A DNA stretch of 64,000 bases from Octopus sinensis. Its lineage: Eukaryota. A program made the position numbers and the translations under genes. The stretch lies in assembly GCF_006345805.1 (NCBI RefSeq), contig NC_042997.1:204786001-204850000 (forward strand), read 5' to 3'. Below, piece by piece: positions 36,455 through 49,289 of this stretch (positions are counted from its first letter, which is position 1; each line of letters begins with the position of its first letter). The notes below the pieces were generated by a model. That model made no database searches and was not told the origin of the DNA. It worked only from the letters and a program-made list of their open reading frames with translations.

Positions 36455-37500
36455 TAGCACACAAACATATATGTATATATACATACACAGAGGAAGGGGA
36501 GAGAGAGAGAGATGGGGGACACTGCTTGATTGATTTGTAGACAGATAGATGCAGATTGATAGACTATGACTGAAGAAGCTGAACAACTCTATTGTATAAG
36601 AATACCTTATATACTTCCACTGTCGGACAGTTCCCTCTGTGTGGCCAGACACCCACCATCACCAGACCTCCTCCTTCTCAACCAGCTACTCTAGCTCCTC
36701 CTCCTCTTTCCATTTTTGTTCACATATATTTCTCTTTTCCTAATTGTTCCCTGCACTTTGACTCCCAACTCACAGCAAAATGAAACTACAAATTAAACTA
36801 GACTTTACATGTGGCACTGTTCAACAACAAAGCCAATAATAGGCTTTGCCTTGTTTTCTGTCTTTTCTGTGTGTGTGTATGTGCGTGTGTGTGCACGCAT
36901 GTGTGTGTGTTTACTGCACCCCACTCAGTCCACCCCACTCAGACCACCCCCACTCAGTCCTCCGCTGATTGCTTGTGCTGCTGGAATCTACCCACTTGAT
37001 CTATGTCGAATGCAATAAATTATTAGCATTGTTGAAATTAGTACATTTCCAGGACAGTCATTACAAATAAATAAATAAGTAAATGAATATATAAAAAAAA
37101 ACACCCCAAAATAGTCTGTGCAATTTTTAGCTGAGAAAATTACTAATTTTAGATGTCTGAGAACTTTAGGCAAATGATGTATCAGAACTGAGTTTTTTTT
37201 CAATTGCTGCTTCAAAGTATTTTCCTTTTTTTTTTAATTGTCCTTAATTAGAGGGTTAGTCAAACGCACTGTTAAAACATATATGTCAATCAGCAGCTAA
37301 CGCAACTGACTGATCTTGCACTGTCTGGTAGCATAAGAGACAAATGTATCTGTTCATATGATTTAAATCTGCAACAGAGACTTGTTGTTTCGTGGTATCT
37401 GAGGAGTTGATATGATTAATTAACTACCTAACCCTCCCAAAGTACGACAATATCTGTGGCAACACATAATTTCACATCATTAAATAAATACGAAAATATT

Positions 37501-37533
<33 letters not shown>

Positions 37534-37599
37534 GCGATGACGATGATGACAATAATGACAACGAGTGAAAAAAATCCCCATCTGACCCACAAATAGTTA

Positions 37600-38115
37600 A
37601 GAAGGAAGGTGAAAAAATAGACATTTACAATCCTCTTAAATATGAAATAGTCCGACTATAGAAAATGAAAGAGTGAAAATAGTACCAACTACTGTTGGGG
37701 CTTTGGGAACAGTATCGAAAGATGGTGAGAGGAATAGAGTATCTGGCAGAGCTGTTGCATGGTGCAGCAGGCTGCAGGTAGCAAATCTGCTATGTGTGCA
37801 ACACTCCAGAGTTCCAATAAAACCTCATTTTAAAAATAAAAAATAAAATAATAATAATGATAATCATAATGAAAATAATAATTTAAGGTGGAGTACTTGT
37901 GTAGACTGAGACTGATCCTTAAGTCGAAATTAACCGAACAGAATAAGATTGAAGCTATCAACACCTGTGCGGTTTCACTCCTTAGATATGGAGTAGGGGT
38001 GCTCTTAAAAGTGCTCTTAAACACTATTACCAAATATCAGGAAACTGCAAGGCATCAGAGCTATAAAAAATTGTTCTCATGGGTACTGCCCACATCCTAA
38101 GAAAAAAACTGCTAA
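37600..38115 (+). mobile_element. R4-like LINE fragments
   Basis: EKIDIYNPLKYEI, VGALGTV, EYLCRLRLILKSKL..KIEAINTCAVSLLRYG fused to KIVLMGTAHILRKK. Confidence 0.75.
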
Positions 38116-38779
38116 CTTGAAAACACTTGATTCTCTTAAAACCCTAAAACTGAAGTGTTGCAAATTTAACAGAATCTTAGTTCTCAGATTCTGGCCTTCT
38201 TCATATGTTCTATGTCATTGCTAATCATAAATAACACCTGAAGTAAAACGTCTGACAAGTGCCAGTTACACTTCTGTGAGCTGGCAGAAATGTTAGCATG
38301 CGGGGCGAAATACTTAGCGGTATTTCATCTGCCGTTATGTTCTGAGTTCAAATTCTGCCGAGGTCGACTTTGCCTTTCATCCGTTTGGGGTCGATAAATT
38401 AAGTACCAGTGATGCACTGGAGTCGATGTAATCAACTTAATCCATTTGTCTGTACTTGTTTGTCCCCTCTATGTTTAGCCCCTTGTGGGCAATAAAGAAA
38501 TAGGTATTTTGTCTGCCGTTACATTCTGAGTTCAAATTCCACCAAGGTCGACTTTGCCTTTCATCCTTTCGGGGTCGATTAAATAAGTACCAGTTACGCA
38601 CTGGGGTCGATATAATTGACTTAATCCATTTGTCTGTCCTTGTTTGTCCCCTCTGTGTGTAGCCCCTTGAGGGTAGTAAAGAAATAAGTGCCAGTTACAC
38701 AACACTGGCATCAGCTGTGACTGTGATTTTACTTGGCTTGATGGGTCTTCTTCTCAAGCATGACATATCACTAAAGGTC

Positions 38780-39270
38780 ATCAACTGAGGCCCAACATTT
38801 GAAGATCATACTCCATCATCCCATCCCGTGTCTTCCTAGATCTGCCTCTTCCACAGTTTCCCTCCACAGTTAGAGATCAGCTTTTTTCACACAGCTGTCC
38901 TCATCCATACACATCACATGACCATACCAGCTCAGCCATCTCTCTTGCACACCACATCTGATGCTTCTTATGCCCAACTTTTCTCTGAAGATGCTTACAC
39001 TCTGTCATACATGCACACTGATATTGCACATCCAGTAAAGCATACTAGCTTCATTTCTTTCAAGCCTATGCATGTCCTCAGTGGTCACAGCTGATGTTTC
39101 ACTGCCATGTAGCATGGCTATTCACACACAGACATTGTAAAATCTGTCTTTCACGTTGAGGGAGAAGCCCTTTGTCATCAACAAAAGTAGGAGCTCTCTG
39201 AACTTTGCTCAGCTTATTCTTATTCTAGCAGCTATGCTCTCAGAGCATCCACATCTGCTACGGACTTGGT
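38780..39270 (-). mobile_element. RTE ORF C-terminal fragment
   Basis: Reverse complement of the about 11400-11950 region of the full-length copy. Confidence 0.85.
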
Positions 39271-39284
39271 CGGAGAAAGTTGTC

Positions 39285-39945
39285 ATGGCGACCTGCTCAG
39301 AGGCCAATGCAAAGTTGCAGAAAGTGTATGAGCCACGCACAAGTGTACGAGTGGGTCAGACGTTTCCAAGATGGTTGAAAATATGTTGATACTGACGAAT
39401 GTTCTCAAAGACCTGCAATCAGCAGAACTGAGAAAAATATCATGTGCATGCAGTTGTGAGGGGAAATCATCGAATCACCATCCATGGGTTATCAGAAGAT
39501 GTGCAGATTAGTTACGGTCCAGGTCAGTCCATTATCACTGAAGATTTGGGCATGAGATACGTGTCTGCCAAGTTTGTGCCAAAACTTCTTTCAGCTGACC
39601 AAAAAGACATTCGGGTTTCAGTTGCATAAAATCTCCTTGATTGTGTTGAGAATGATGATAACTTTTTGAAAATTTTGCGTAGGCCTCTGAGCAGGTATTG
39701 CCAACTTTTTGGCAAAACTGATGCAGATTCTCTGCTCAACTTTCTCTGTCATGGTCAATGTGACGATCACACGCTACACACCTTCCTTCAAAGCACTGCT
39801 GTAAACAGTGGAAGCAAGTTAGGATGTTAAAACTTAGTGTGCATGCACGATAGAGTTCAAGGTCAATTTGTGCCAATCGGATTTACTCTGTGCTTTAGCT
39901 TTGTTACTATAGCGACTGTCCGGATACTTATTAATCAGACCATGT
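39285..39945. mobile_element. Mariner-type relic with an internally inverted segment
   Basis: 5' end and MTEKVEQRICI on minus (39945-39674). Continuation including KFVPKLL on plus (39291-39675). Confidence 0.85.
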
Positions 39946-40198
39946 GTTTATGCGTCTGTGTTTGTCCCCTGCCCACCATTGCTTGACTACCGTTGTTGGT
40001 GTGTTTACTCCCCTATAACTTAGCAGTTTGGCAAAAGGCACTGATAGAATTAGTACTAGGCTTACAAAGAATAAGTCCTGGGGTCAGTTCGTCTGACTAA
40101 AGGCAGTGCTCCAGCATGGCCACAGTCAAATGACTGAAACAAGGGAAAGAATAAAAGAATGTGTGTACGTATGTGCACATACATACACATGCACACAC

Positions 40199-40254
<56 letters not shown>

Positions 40255-41282
40255 AAATAAATATTTACCCTTTAATTTATTAACCAAGTGCTCTGTTTGC
40301 TGACAGTCACTTAGCTTCATTACAGACCCTTACAATTGTCAAAAGCATTTCTAAGTAAATATATCTTGCGGTCAGATATTCTTCTGGTGATAAGATCTTT
40401 CATTGACAGTTTACTTTATTAATGCTTATTACTTCCTGTGAATATTTACTCACAACATGTGTCTGATACAGAATTACACATATGTACATATCAACTTCAT
40501 TGTTGTTGTCATCGCTGTCACCGTTGCAATCGTTATTGTCGTCATTGTTTTAACATTCTCTTTTGCATGTGTGCCTCTGTCAGATGGAATTTGTTGAGGT
40601 AGATTTTCCATGGCTGAACACCATTCCCCACTTCCCCGTGAATCCTTGTCTGTTTCCAAATTGAGGAAATGATTCCTTTTGGCCAGACATGTTTTCACAG
40701 AAGACTGGGAGCGAATAACATCACTTATATGATGGTGAATGCTCTTATGACTATCAGGCGATGTCAACACAAGGAAACACAAACGCATACATGCACTCAC
40801 ACACACACTAGCACATACACATGCAGACACATACACACACACATACTCACACACACACACACACACACACACACAAGTACATACATGCGCATACACACAC
40901 ACAAGAACATACATGCTCACACACACACACACACAAGAACATACATGCTCACACACATACACACATATACACACACACACATACACACACACAAGCACAT
41001 ACATGCATACACACACACACACGCACACACATACACACACACAAGCACATACATGAGCACACACACACACACACACAAGCACATACATGCGCACACTCAT
41101 ACACAAATGCATGTATTATATATATGTATATATATAAAGACATGCTTTCTTAAGATTGCATCCACCAAATCCACTAACGAGGCATTGGACACTTGGCCAA
41201 AGTGTCGCACAGAGGACTGAATTTGAAACCATGTAGATCAGAAGTGAATTTCTTATCTACACAGCCATGCTTGTACCTGTAG

Positions 41283-41313
<31 letters not shown>

Positions 41314-42059
41314 TTTCACTTGGCTTGATGGGCCTTCTTCTCAAGCACAGCAAACTGCTAAAGGTCTCAGTCCTTTGTTGCTGCTGCCATGAGGCCCAAC
41401 ACATGAAAGGTGCTTTTTATGTGTCATCAGCATGGGTGCCAGTTATGCAACATGGGCCTCTGTAAGACCCAACACTTGACATGAGGTTTTTACATGCCAC
41501 TGACACAGATACCAGTTACCTCCATGAGGCCCAACACTCAAAAGCTGTTTTTAAATGTCACCAGTACAGGTGCCAGTTATGTGAGGTCGGCATTGATCAT
41601 GGCTACAGTTTCAGTTGGCTTGACGAGTTCCTCAAGCACAGTATATCACTAAATGACTCAGTCACTGGTCATTGCTTCTGTGAAGTGCAACGGTCGAAGG
41701 CCATGCTTCACCACCTTGTCCCATGTCTTCCTGGGTCTGCCTCTTCCACAGGTTCCTGCCACAGTTAGAGATCAGCACTTCTTTACACAGCTGTCCTATC
41801 CATATGCCTCACATAACCATACCAATGCAGTCATCTCTCTTGCACACCACATCTGATGCCTCTTATGCCCAACTTTTCTCTGAAGATACTTACACTGACA
41901 TTGTGCATCCAGCAAATATATATGCATATATAATCATCATCATCATCATTTAATATTTGCTTTCCATGCTGGTATGAGTTGAACAATACATACACACACA
42001 CACACACATACACACATATGTATATATGATGATGACGATGATTTATATATACACACACT

Positions 42060-42445
42060 GTGCTTGAAGAGACCTATTGAGTTAAGTACATCAGCATCAC
42101 AAAATCAAATGGAAATTGTAGTTGTGATACCTGTGCCGGTGGCACGTAAAATGCACTACCCAAACATGGCCGATGCCAGCGCCGTCTTGACTGGCTTCCG
42201 TGCCGGTGGCACGTAAATAGCACCAACTGATCGTGGCTGTTGTCAGCCTCACCTGGCACCTGTGCCGGTTGCACGTAAAAAGCACCCACTACACTCACGG
42301 AGTGGTTGGTGTTAGGAAGGGCTTCCAGCTGTAGAAACACTGCCAGATCAGACTGGAGCCTGGTGCAGCCTCCTGGCTTCCCAGACCCTGGTCGAACCGT
42401 CCAACCCATGCTAGCATGGACGTTAAACGTTGATGATGATGATAT
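42060..42445 (+). mobile_element. 5'-truncated RTE 3' UTR copy
   Basis: Three GTGCC-GGT-(G/T)GCAC modules and a (GAT)n tail. Confidence 0.9.
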
Positions 42446-42636
42446 GTAAAAAGCACTGGTATAGGTGTTGGTGCTACATAAAATCCATACAGTACACTCT
42501 GTAAAGTGCTTGGTGTTAGGAAGGGTATCCAGCTGTAGAAATCAAGCCAAAGCAGACTATCGTGTGTGGCCCCCTAGCCTTGCTAGTTCCTGTCAAGCCA
42601 TCTGACCCATACCAGCATGGAGAATGGATATATATA

Positions 42637-42801
42637 GATGCAGGAGTGGCTGTGTGGTAAGGAGCTTGCTTCCCAACCACATGGTTCCAGGTTCAGTCCC
42701 ACTGTGTGGCACCTTGGGCAAGTGTCTTCTACTATAGCCTCGGGCCAACCAAAGCCTTGTGAGTGGATTTAGCAGACGGAAACTGAAAGAAGCCCATTGT
42801 A

Positions 42802-42866
<65 letters not shown>

Positions 42867-43070
42867 TAGTACATCTGAGTTTTCTCCTCACCATCATTTG
42901 CCAACCAATGTTAGTGTGTTTACATTCCTGTAACTTAGCAGTTTGGCAAAAGCGACTCATAGAATAAGCAATAGGCTTACAAAGAATAAATCTTGGGGTT
43001 GGTTTGTTCAACTAGAGGCGGTGCTCCAGCATGACCACAGTCAAATGATGAACAAGTAAAAGAATAAATG
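42637..43070 (+). mobile_element. SINE family A
   Basis: Full-length match to 1950-2375. Confidence 0.88.
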
Positions 43071-43419
43071 AATATGTATATATGTATGTGTGTGTGTGTG
43101 TATTTGTGTGCATGTATGTGTGTATGTATATATATATATATATGCATATACACACATATATGTATGTATATAAGGCCATCTCTTTCCACACCATCAAAAG
43201 CTTTCATAAAATTGAACATGGCAAAATGGGGATTTGATGTCGATAGGGATTTTTCTAAATTTGTTGCTTGGTCTCCAAGACACAAGAAATACACATCCGC
43301 ATTCAAGAAGAATTTGCTTAAATACATTTTTTTTGTTTTGTAGTTGTTTAGCAGAATTTTTCATATCATAGAAAAGAAATTCTGTAAATGCTAATTATCT
43401 GTTCATCTTTGAAGTGTTA

Positions 43420-43610
43420 TAGAAGATTATTGCATTGCCAAAATTTGTTTCCACCACATTTATAGACTTTATCAGGAATGCTATGAAATTCAGGAGCTTT
43501 CTCTGGTTTTGTTTTTTGGATGGCAGCTTCTAGTTCTTCCATATTCAGCAGTAATTCCAAATTGGTGTCTTTTGGAGACTGATGAACATATTCTAGAGTC
43601 ACACTTAGAA
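43420..43610 (-). mobile_element. RTE-BovB-like linker/RT-start fragment
   Basis: EELEAAIQKTKPEKAPEFHSIPDKVYKCGG. Confidence 0.75.
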
Positions 43611-43611
43611 T

Positions 43612-44138
43612 TGATAAAAAAGTGAAAAATGGGACAAAACCACTTCTGTAATCTTCTGCTACCACAGTGTTTGCTATAATCTTTTGAAACCACAAACAAT
43701 AAACAACTCACCAAATTCTAACACACTGTGATTATGTGTGTGTGTGTGAAAATATTTAATCCATAAACATTGATCTGACCAAACATTTGGCTAATCAGGA
43801 TAAGTCATAAGTGGAACAGAATATATTTTGTTGGACTAATGATTATGAACTGAATATATTATTGTTGAGTACTTCATAATAATATATAATAATATATTCA
43901 GTTCATAATCATTAGTCCAACAAAATATATTCTGTTCCACTTATGACTTATCCTGATTAGCCAAATGTTTGGTCAGATCAGTGTTTATGGATTAAATATT
44001 TTCACACACACACACACATAATCACAGTGTGTCAGAATTTGGTGAGTTGTTTATTGTTTGTGGTTTCAAAAGATTATAGCAAACACTGTGGTAACAGAAG
44101 ATTACAGAAGTGGTTTTGTCCCATTTTTCACTTTATCA
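43612..44138. repeat. Near-perfect long palindrome, arms about 250 bp
   Basis: 43612-43863 versus 43888-44138: 3 substitutions, one CA unit and a 3-nt indel. Confidence 0.98.
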
Positions 44139-44333
44139 TCATCATCATCATCATCATCGTTTAACGTCCGTTCTCCATGCTAGCATGGGTTGGACGGTTC
44201 GACCGGGGATCTGGGAAGCCAGAAGGCTGCACCAGGCTCCAGTCTTATCTGGCAATGTTTCTACAGCTGGATGCCCTTCCTAACGCCAACCACTCCGTGA
44301 GTGTAGTGGGTGCTTTTTACGTGCCACCTGCAC
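44135..44333 (-). mobile_element. Young RTE 3' end, same subfamily as the 8.2-12.66 kb copy
   Basis: Shares the diagnostic variants TAAGAC, CATTGCC, GATCCCCGG and GAGAACGG with 12540-12630. Confidence 0.92.
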
Positions 44334-44712
44334 ATATATATATAAGCATTATATATATATATAAGCATTATTACTGTTAAAAACAGTAATAATGAGGTGA
44401 CTAGTCATCACCATCACTTAACATTCGTTTTCCATGCTGGCATGAATTAGATGACTTGACAGGAGGTGGTAAGGCCAGGGACTACACTAGGCTCCATTGT
44501 CTGTTTTGGCATGGTTTCTATAGCTGGATGTCCTTCCTAACGGCAACTACTTTACTGAGTGTCCTCGGTGCTTTTAGTATGGCACCAGCACTGGTGTTTT
44601 TATGTGGCACCAGCATCGACAAGGTCACTGAGTAACTTGCAAGATGAAAGCTCCCTCAGCTTGGAGGAGAGAGTAGTAGTGTGTGGGGGTAGCTTTATGC
44701 CAGTTGATGAGG

Positions 44713-44746
<34 letters not shown>

Positions 44747-44868
44747 GGAGTATGGTGTCCTGCTGTAAAGTAGATACAAGTATATTCCAGTTGAAAAAGA
44801 AAGGAAGGAAGGTGGGTTACAGAGCAAGATAAAGAAAGGGGTTGAGTCAGTGAGTATATGTATAGATT

Positions 44869-45200
44869 CCCCTCCAATGGTCACTCCTTGTTGTGGAGGA
44901 GGGGCTTGTGTGGACCGATGACTCAGAGTAATGCTGTTGGGAGTTCTAAACTCCTTGTAGGGTCACTCTTGGCAGCAAGGTTGAGGGTGAGGACCCAGAC
45001 TAAGTGTGAACAACCCGCCAAAGACCCCCAACAGTGGAACAAGTGGATGAGGATTACAACAGATCTCCATGCTCGAACCAGTGGATGAAGAGGGTTATGC
45101 ATGATGGACGTGCTACAGAAGGTACCACTCAAAACTATAACTGGGTCAACGACAGTCCATTACAGTATCAAAACAGGTTCCTGCATGTCTCATTCTATAT
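44869..45200 (+). mobile_element. RTE-type (BovB/Expander-like) 5' UTR fragment
   Basis: CACTCCTTGTTGTGGAGGAGGGGCTTG...GACCCAGACTAAG resembles RTE 5' ends as recalled from memory, not from a search. Confidence 0.6.
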
Positions 45201-46799
45201 GTGTCACAGAGGGAGGTCATGAAATCAAGTGTGGGGGTCATTTCCCAGCAAGCTGAGGTCTACATTTAAACAAATCCCTTGGCACTTTCTTCTACATTGA
45301 TCATGACAATATATTTAATATTTGTGATTAAAATATGATATGGATTGTGTAAACGGTGAACTGAGGTGGTGCTGCGATTCTATCAGCTCTTCAAATACAA
45401 CAATTATTTTGACCAGAATCTGACATTTAAGAAGGAATATTAAATCACTATTCAGTTGGCATTACATTACATATCCTAATTTAGTGAATGGATGAAATAA
45501 TAATTACAGAAAGCAGGAAACCCAATGGAAAGCTAAAACCTTTTAATATAACAAAGAAGTACATGATATAAAAAATACAATGGAGCTCTTTCTGAATCTA
45601 CTCATAGATTACTGATTACAATTTCCAGGTATTACCACTTCTTCTTCTGCTGCTTAATTCCTTCCTCCTCATTTTTGTTTTCTTTATCTTTGTTTCCTTG
45701 GTGAGGCAGTTATGGGTTTTTTCTTGATAATTTGACTTTTTATACTTTTAATCTTCTTTTTTTTTTATATATAGATTTCCAGGCATCACAACTTGGCCAC
45801 TCTTTCTTCTTTTACCATTGTCTTCTCTTCAATATCCTGTTTAAGGAATTCATCTTTGTAATCTTATACGTTTTTATTAGTGTTGATGCTGCCAATGCAT
45901 GGAATAACGGAAATCGGAAGAAAACAAAAGAATCAAAGAATTATTGTCTGAATGTTTCCAAAGATTTTTATTAAACATTTGCAAAAGTTCTGGAAATATT
46001 TTAGTGTCTGTTGGTATTTATGGATGTTTGTAGAATCATACATTCTTTTATTTTCATTGCATTATAGTTGTAAACAAGAGCCATCATCATCTAATTTTGA
46101 TTTCCCAATCATGTGAGAAAACATGCCTGGTCATGAGGAAATATTACCTTAATTGGAAAATGGGGAGAGTTCGTGACAGGAAGGGCATCCAACTGTAGAA
46201 ATCCGCCTCGGTGAATACCATCTGATCCATATGAGCTTGGAAGAGTGGATGTTAAAACTAGTTTGACATGACCTTTTCACCTCTCCTTAACCTTCCTTTC
46301 TGCAGTGCCATCTTTATGCAACCTAACTTGCTTACACCAAAATGCAACCAGCTCTTATAACCAAACTTGCTTGCATCAAATCTGCTCTGACTCAATGAAG
46401 AGAGATCCTGCTGACATTATCCAATGGGATTTCTTTATTCTTTTAACCTACACTAGTGTCGCATAACCAGTCCCAGCCCACTCAGAAGTACCTTGGATCA
46501 TAGGGTGACATGCTGTGCTTGAGGAGACAAGTACATCAAAATCAAAATCAAATGGAAATTGTAGTTGTGATTCCCGTGCCAGTGGTACACAAAAGGCACC
46601 ATCTGAACGTGGCTGATGCCAGGGCCACCTTGCTGACTTCTGTGTCGGTGGCACATAATAAGCACCAACTGATTGTGGTCGTTGCCAGCCTCCTCTGGCC
46701 CCTTTGCCAGTGGCACGTAAAAAGCACCCACTACACTCTCAGAGTGGTTGGCGTTAGGAAGGGCATCCAGCTGTAGAAACACTGCCAGACCAGACTGGA

Positions 46800-47762
46800 T
46801 ATATTACTAAGATATCTAAATCAAATGTTGAAAGTTATCTGCATCAATTTGTTTATGCCAGCAGGTTTGATGATTGGGTCCCACATCAATTGAATGAAGA
46901 GAACATGACCCAATGAATGTCCATCTGCAATTTGTTGCAGAAGCATAAAAAACAATCCCCTTTTTTAAAAAAAAGAATGGTGACAGGAGATGAAAAATGG
47001 GTCATCTATGTGGGATGACATCAGCAGCGTAGCTGAGCGAGTTGGACGTGTGAGCTCGTTGTTAAGGTAGGGGAAAAGCAGCTGCAATCTCTAGTGTTTG
47101 GGTCGGGCTGCGCGGAAGAGTGCATCACCACTGGAGAGGTCCCCGTCGACGAAGAGAAAGTAGGTGTCCTTATTTCAAATTTCCCGCATACACCACAATC
47201 TATACTAATGTGCAGTGCAAACAAACATGGAGGAAGTGCTGTAAACCATCACAAACAACCTCCAAAGCAGAACTTCACCCGAAGATAGAAGAATGCTGTC
47301 TTTTACGAGCTTCTTCCAATGGACAGGACTCTCAATTCAGATGTGTACTGTGACCAGCTAGAGAAATTAAAAGCAGTGATCCACCAGAAGTGTCCAGCAT
47401 TTGTTAATCATTTGGGCGATGTCTTTCATCCCAACAATGCCAGATCATACACTTCTTTGTAGATATGGCAGAAGTTACAGGGGCTTGGCTGGGAAGTTTT
47501 GCTGCACCCTCCATATTCATCTGACCTTGTGCCTTCAGATATTCATCTGATTTGGTCTCTTCAAAATTCATTGAATGGACTGACCTTCAATTCTGAAAAG
47601 GATATAAAATTCCACTTGGAAGAGTCAGGGAAAATAGATCTGTCCAGAAGATGGCAGAAACTACTGGATAATTATAGCACTGGTTGAATAAACCACTTTG
47701 TGTTTAAAAGTTGTCTTCTTTTCACTGAAAAATACCAAATGGACTTTCTGGGAAAGTCCAAT
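46800..47762 (+). mobile_element. Decayed mariner transposase, interrupted by a solo LTR
   Basis: WVPHQL, VTGDEKWVIY, NNAR and HPPYSSDLVPSD motifs. Confidence 0.92.
47009..47197. mobile_element. Solo LTR (189 bp) with 5-bp TSD
   Basis: TGTGG...CCACA termini. ATCTA duplicated at 47004-47008 and 47198-47202. CpG-rich. Confidence 0.85.
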
Positions 47763-47889
47763 ATAACCTGAACATAGCAAGGATTGCATCATTAAGAAAT
47801 AACTCAGTAAATACCTCTGTCCGCCAACTATTAACTCTACTCACCTCTGCAAAAGGTGAAGTGAGTTTCACAGTGGAGCACATGTCAGA

Positions 47890-48450
47890 CAGTGCTGAAG
47901 CTGCACACACACACATATGCATACACACACACACACACAGATATGCATACACACATGCACAAACACACAGTTATGCATACATACATACATGTGCACACGT
48001 ACACAAACATGCACATACATGTACTTGCATGCATGCACATAACTCACACATACACACACACACACTCATGCATGCACATAACTCACACATACACACACAC
48101 ACACTCATGCACACACACATACACACACAGAGACAGAGATATGTATACACACATGTGCACACACACAGTTATGCATACATACATACATACATGTGCACAC
48201 ACATACACACACACACACTCATGCACACACACATACACACACACACACTCATGCACACACACATGCACACACACACACTCATGCACACACACATGCACAC
48301 ACACAGATAAATATATGCATACACACATATGCACACACACACACAGATAGAGGTATGCATACACACACATGCACACACACAGTTATGCATACATACATAC
48401 ATGTGCACACACACATGCACATAACTCACACACACACACACACACACATC
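47890..48450. repeat. Compound CA/CATA/CATG-rich low-complexity array
   Basis: Seen directly, with higher-order repeats of about 20-60 bp. Confidence 0.95.
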
Positions 48451-49085
48451 CTGGACAGCATCCCCAGAAAGGCTAATCAATTCACATACAGTCACTCTCA
48501 AAGATCTTCAAAAACTCTCACCCACAAACATTGTAAGCACAATGCTTTCATCTCAACCACAGTATATATATATATATAATACTGGACAATACATAATATG
48601 TATCCATACAATAAATTCACTCCCCCATTGTCCCTCCACCCCACCTTTCGTAGAATATGACCTTGGTCTTTTAAAATTCAGGGTTGCCTTTGGTTGATGT
48701 TTTCCTTGACTTGAACAATGTTATCAAGCTGTCTTCTGCTTCCCTCCATCTCTTTCTCCCTCGTTCCATTATTATTACAATAGTCTTCTGCTGTAACCTT
48801 GGGCCAACCACAGCTTTATCAGTGGATTTGGTAGTTGGAAACAGAAGAAGCCCATTGTGCGTATGGTTCTGCATGTATACACACACATGCATTATATATA
48901 TATATATATAGTGCCTAAATTGTTTGTGATTAAACTATATTTTTGTTATTTTTCATTTGTCTTGCTCGCTTACGTTTCTGGTGTACTAAATTTTCTGGAG
49001 AACAATTCTTAGTGGTTTCTTCTAGCATAAGGGTTTCCACATAGTGGTTAAAAAATTCCCTCTTATATTTATGTATGAAATACTG

Positions 49086-49116
<31 letters not shown>

Positions 49117-49289
49117 CATGTAAATGCTCATGGCTGGTTGCCAGCAGAAAACTTTTTCTGCTCTTAAAAGGATTTTATCCTTTATATATACTGTTCAGTA
49201 TTTACATGTTGAAAAAAGATATATCTTTCTTCTTGTTCTACAATACATTTCAACGCTTCAAAAACAAACCCATGCTTGTTTACATATGA

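Noticed and set aside
36905-36965. CCCCACTCAG x3 short tandem repeat as a regulatory array
   Set aside because: Only three imperfect units with no supporting context.
44895-44920. Twister-like GGUCC..CAAGCCC on the minus strand
   Set aside because: It has a 3-nt insertion and lacks the UAA/P1/P2 context. The plus-strand HDV-like pairing fits better.
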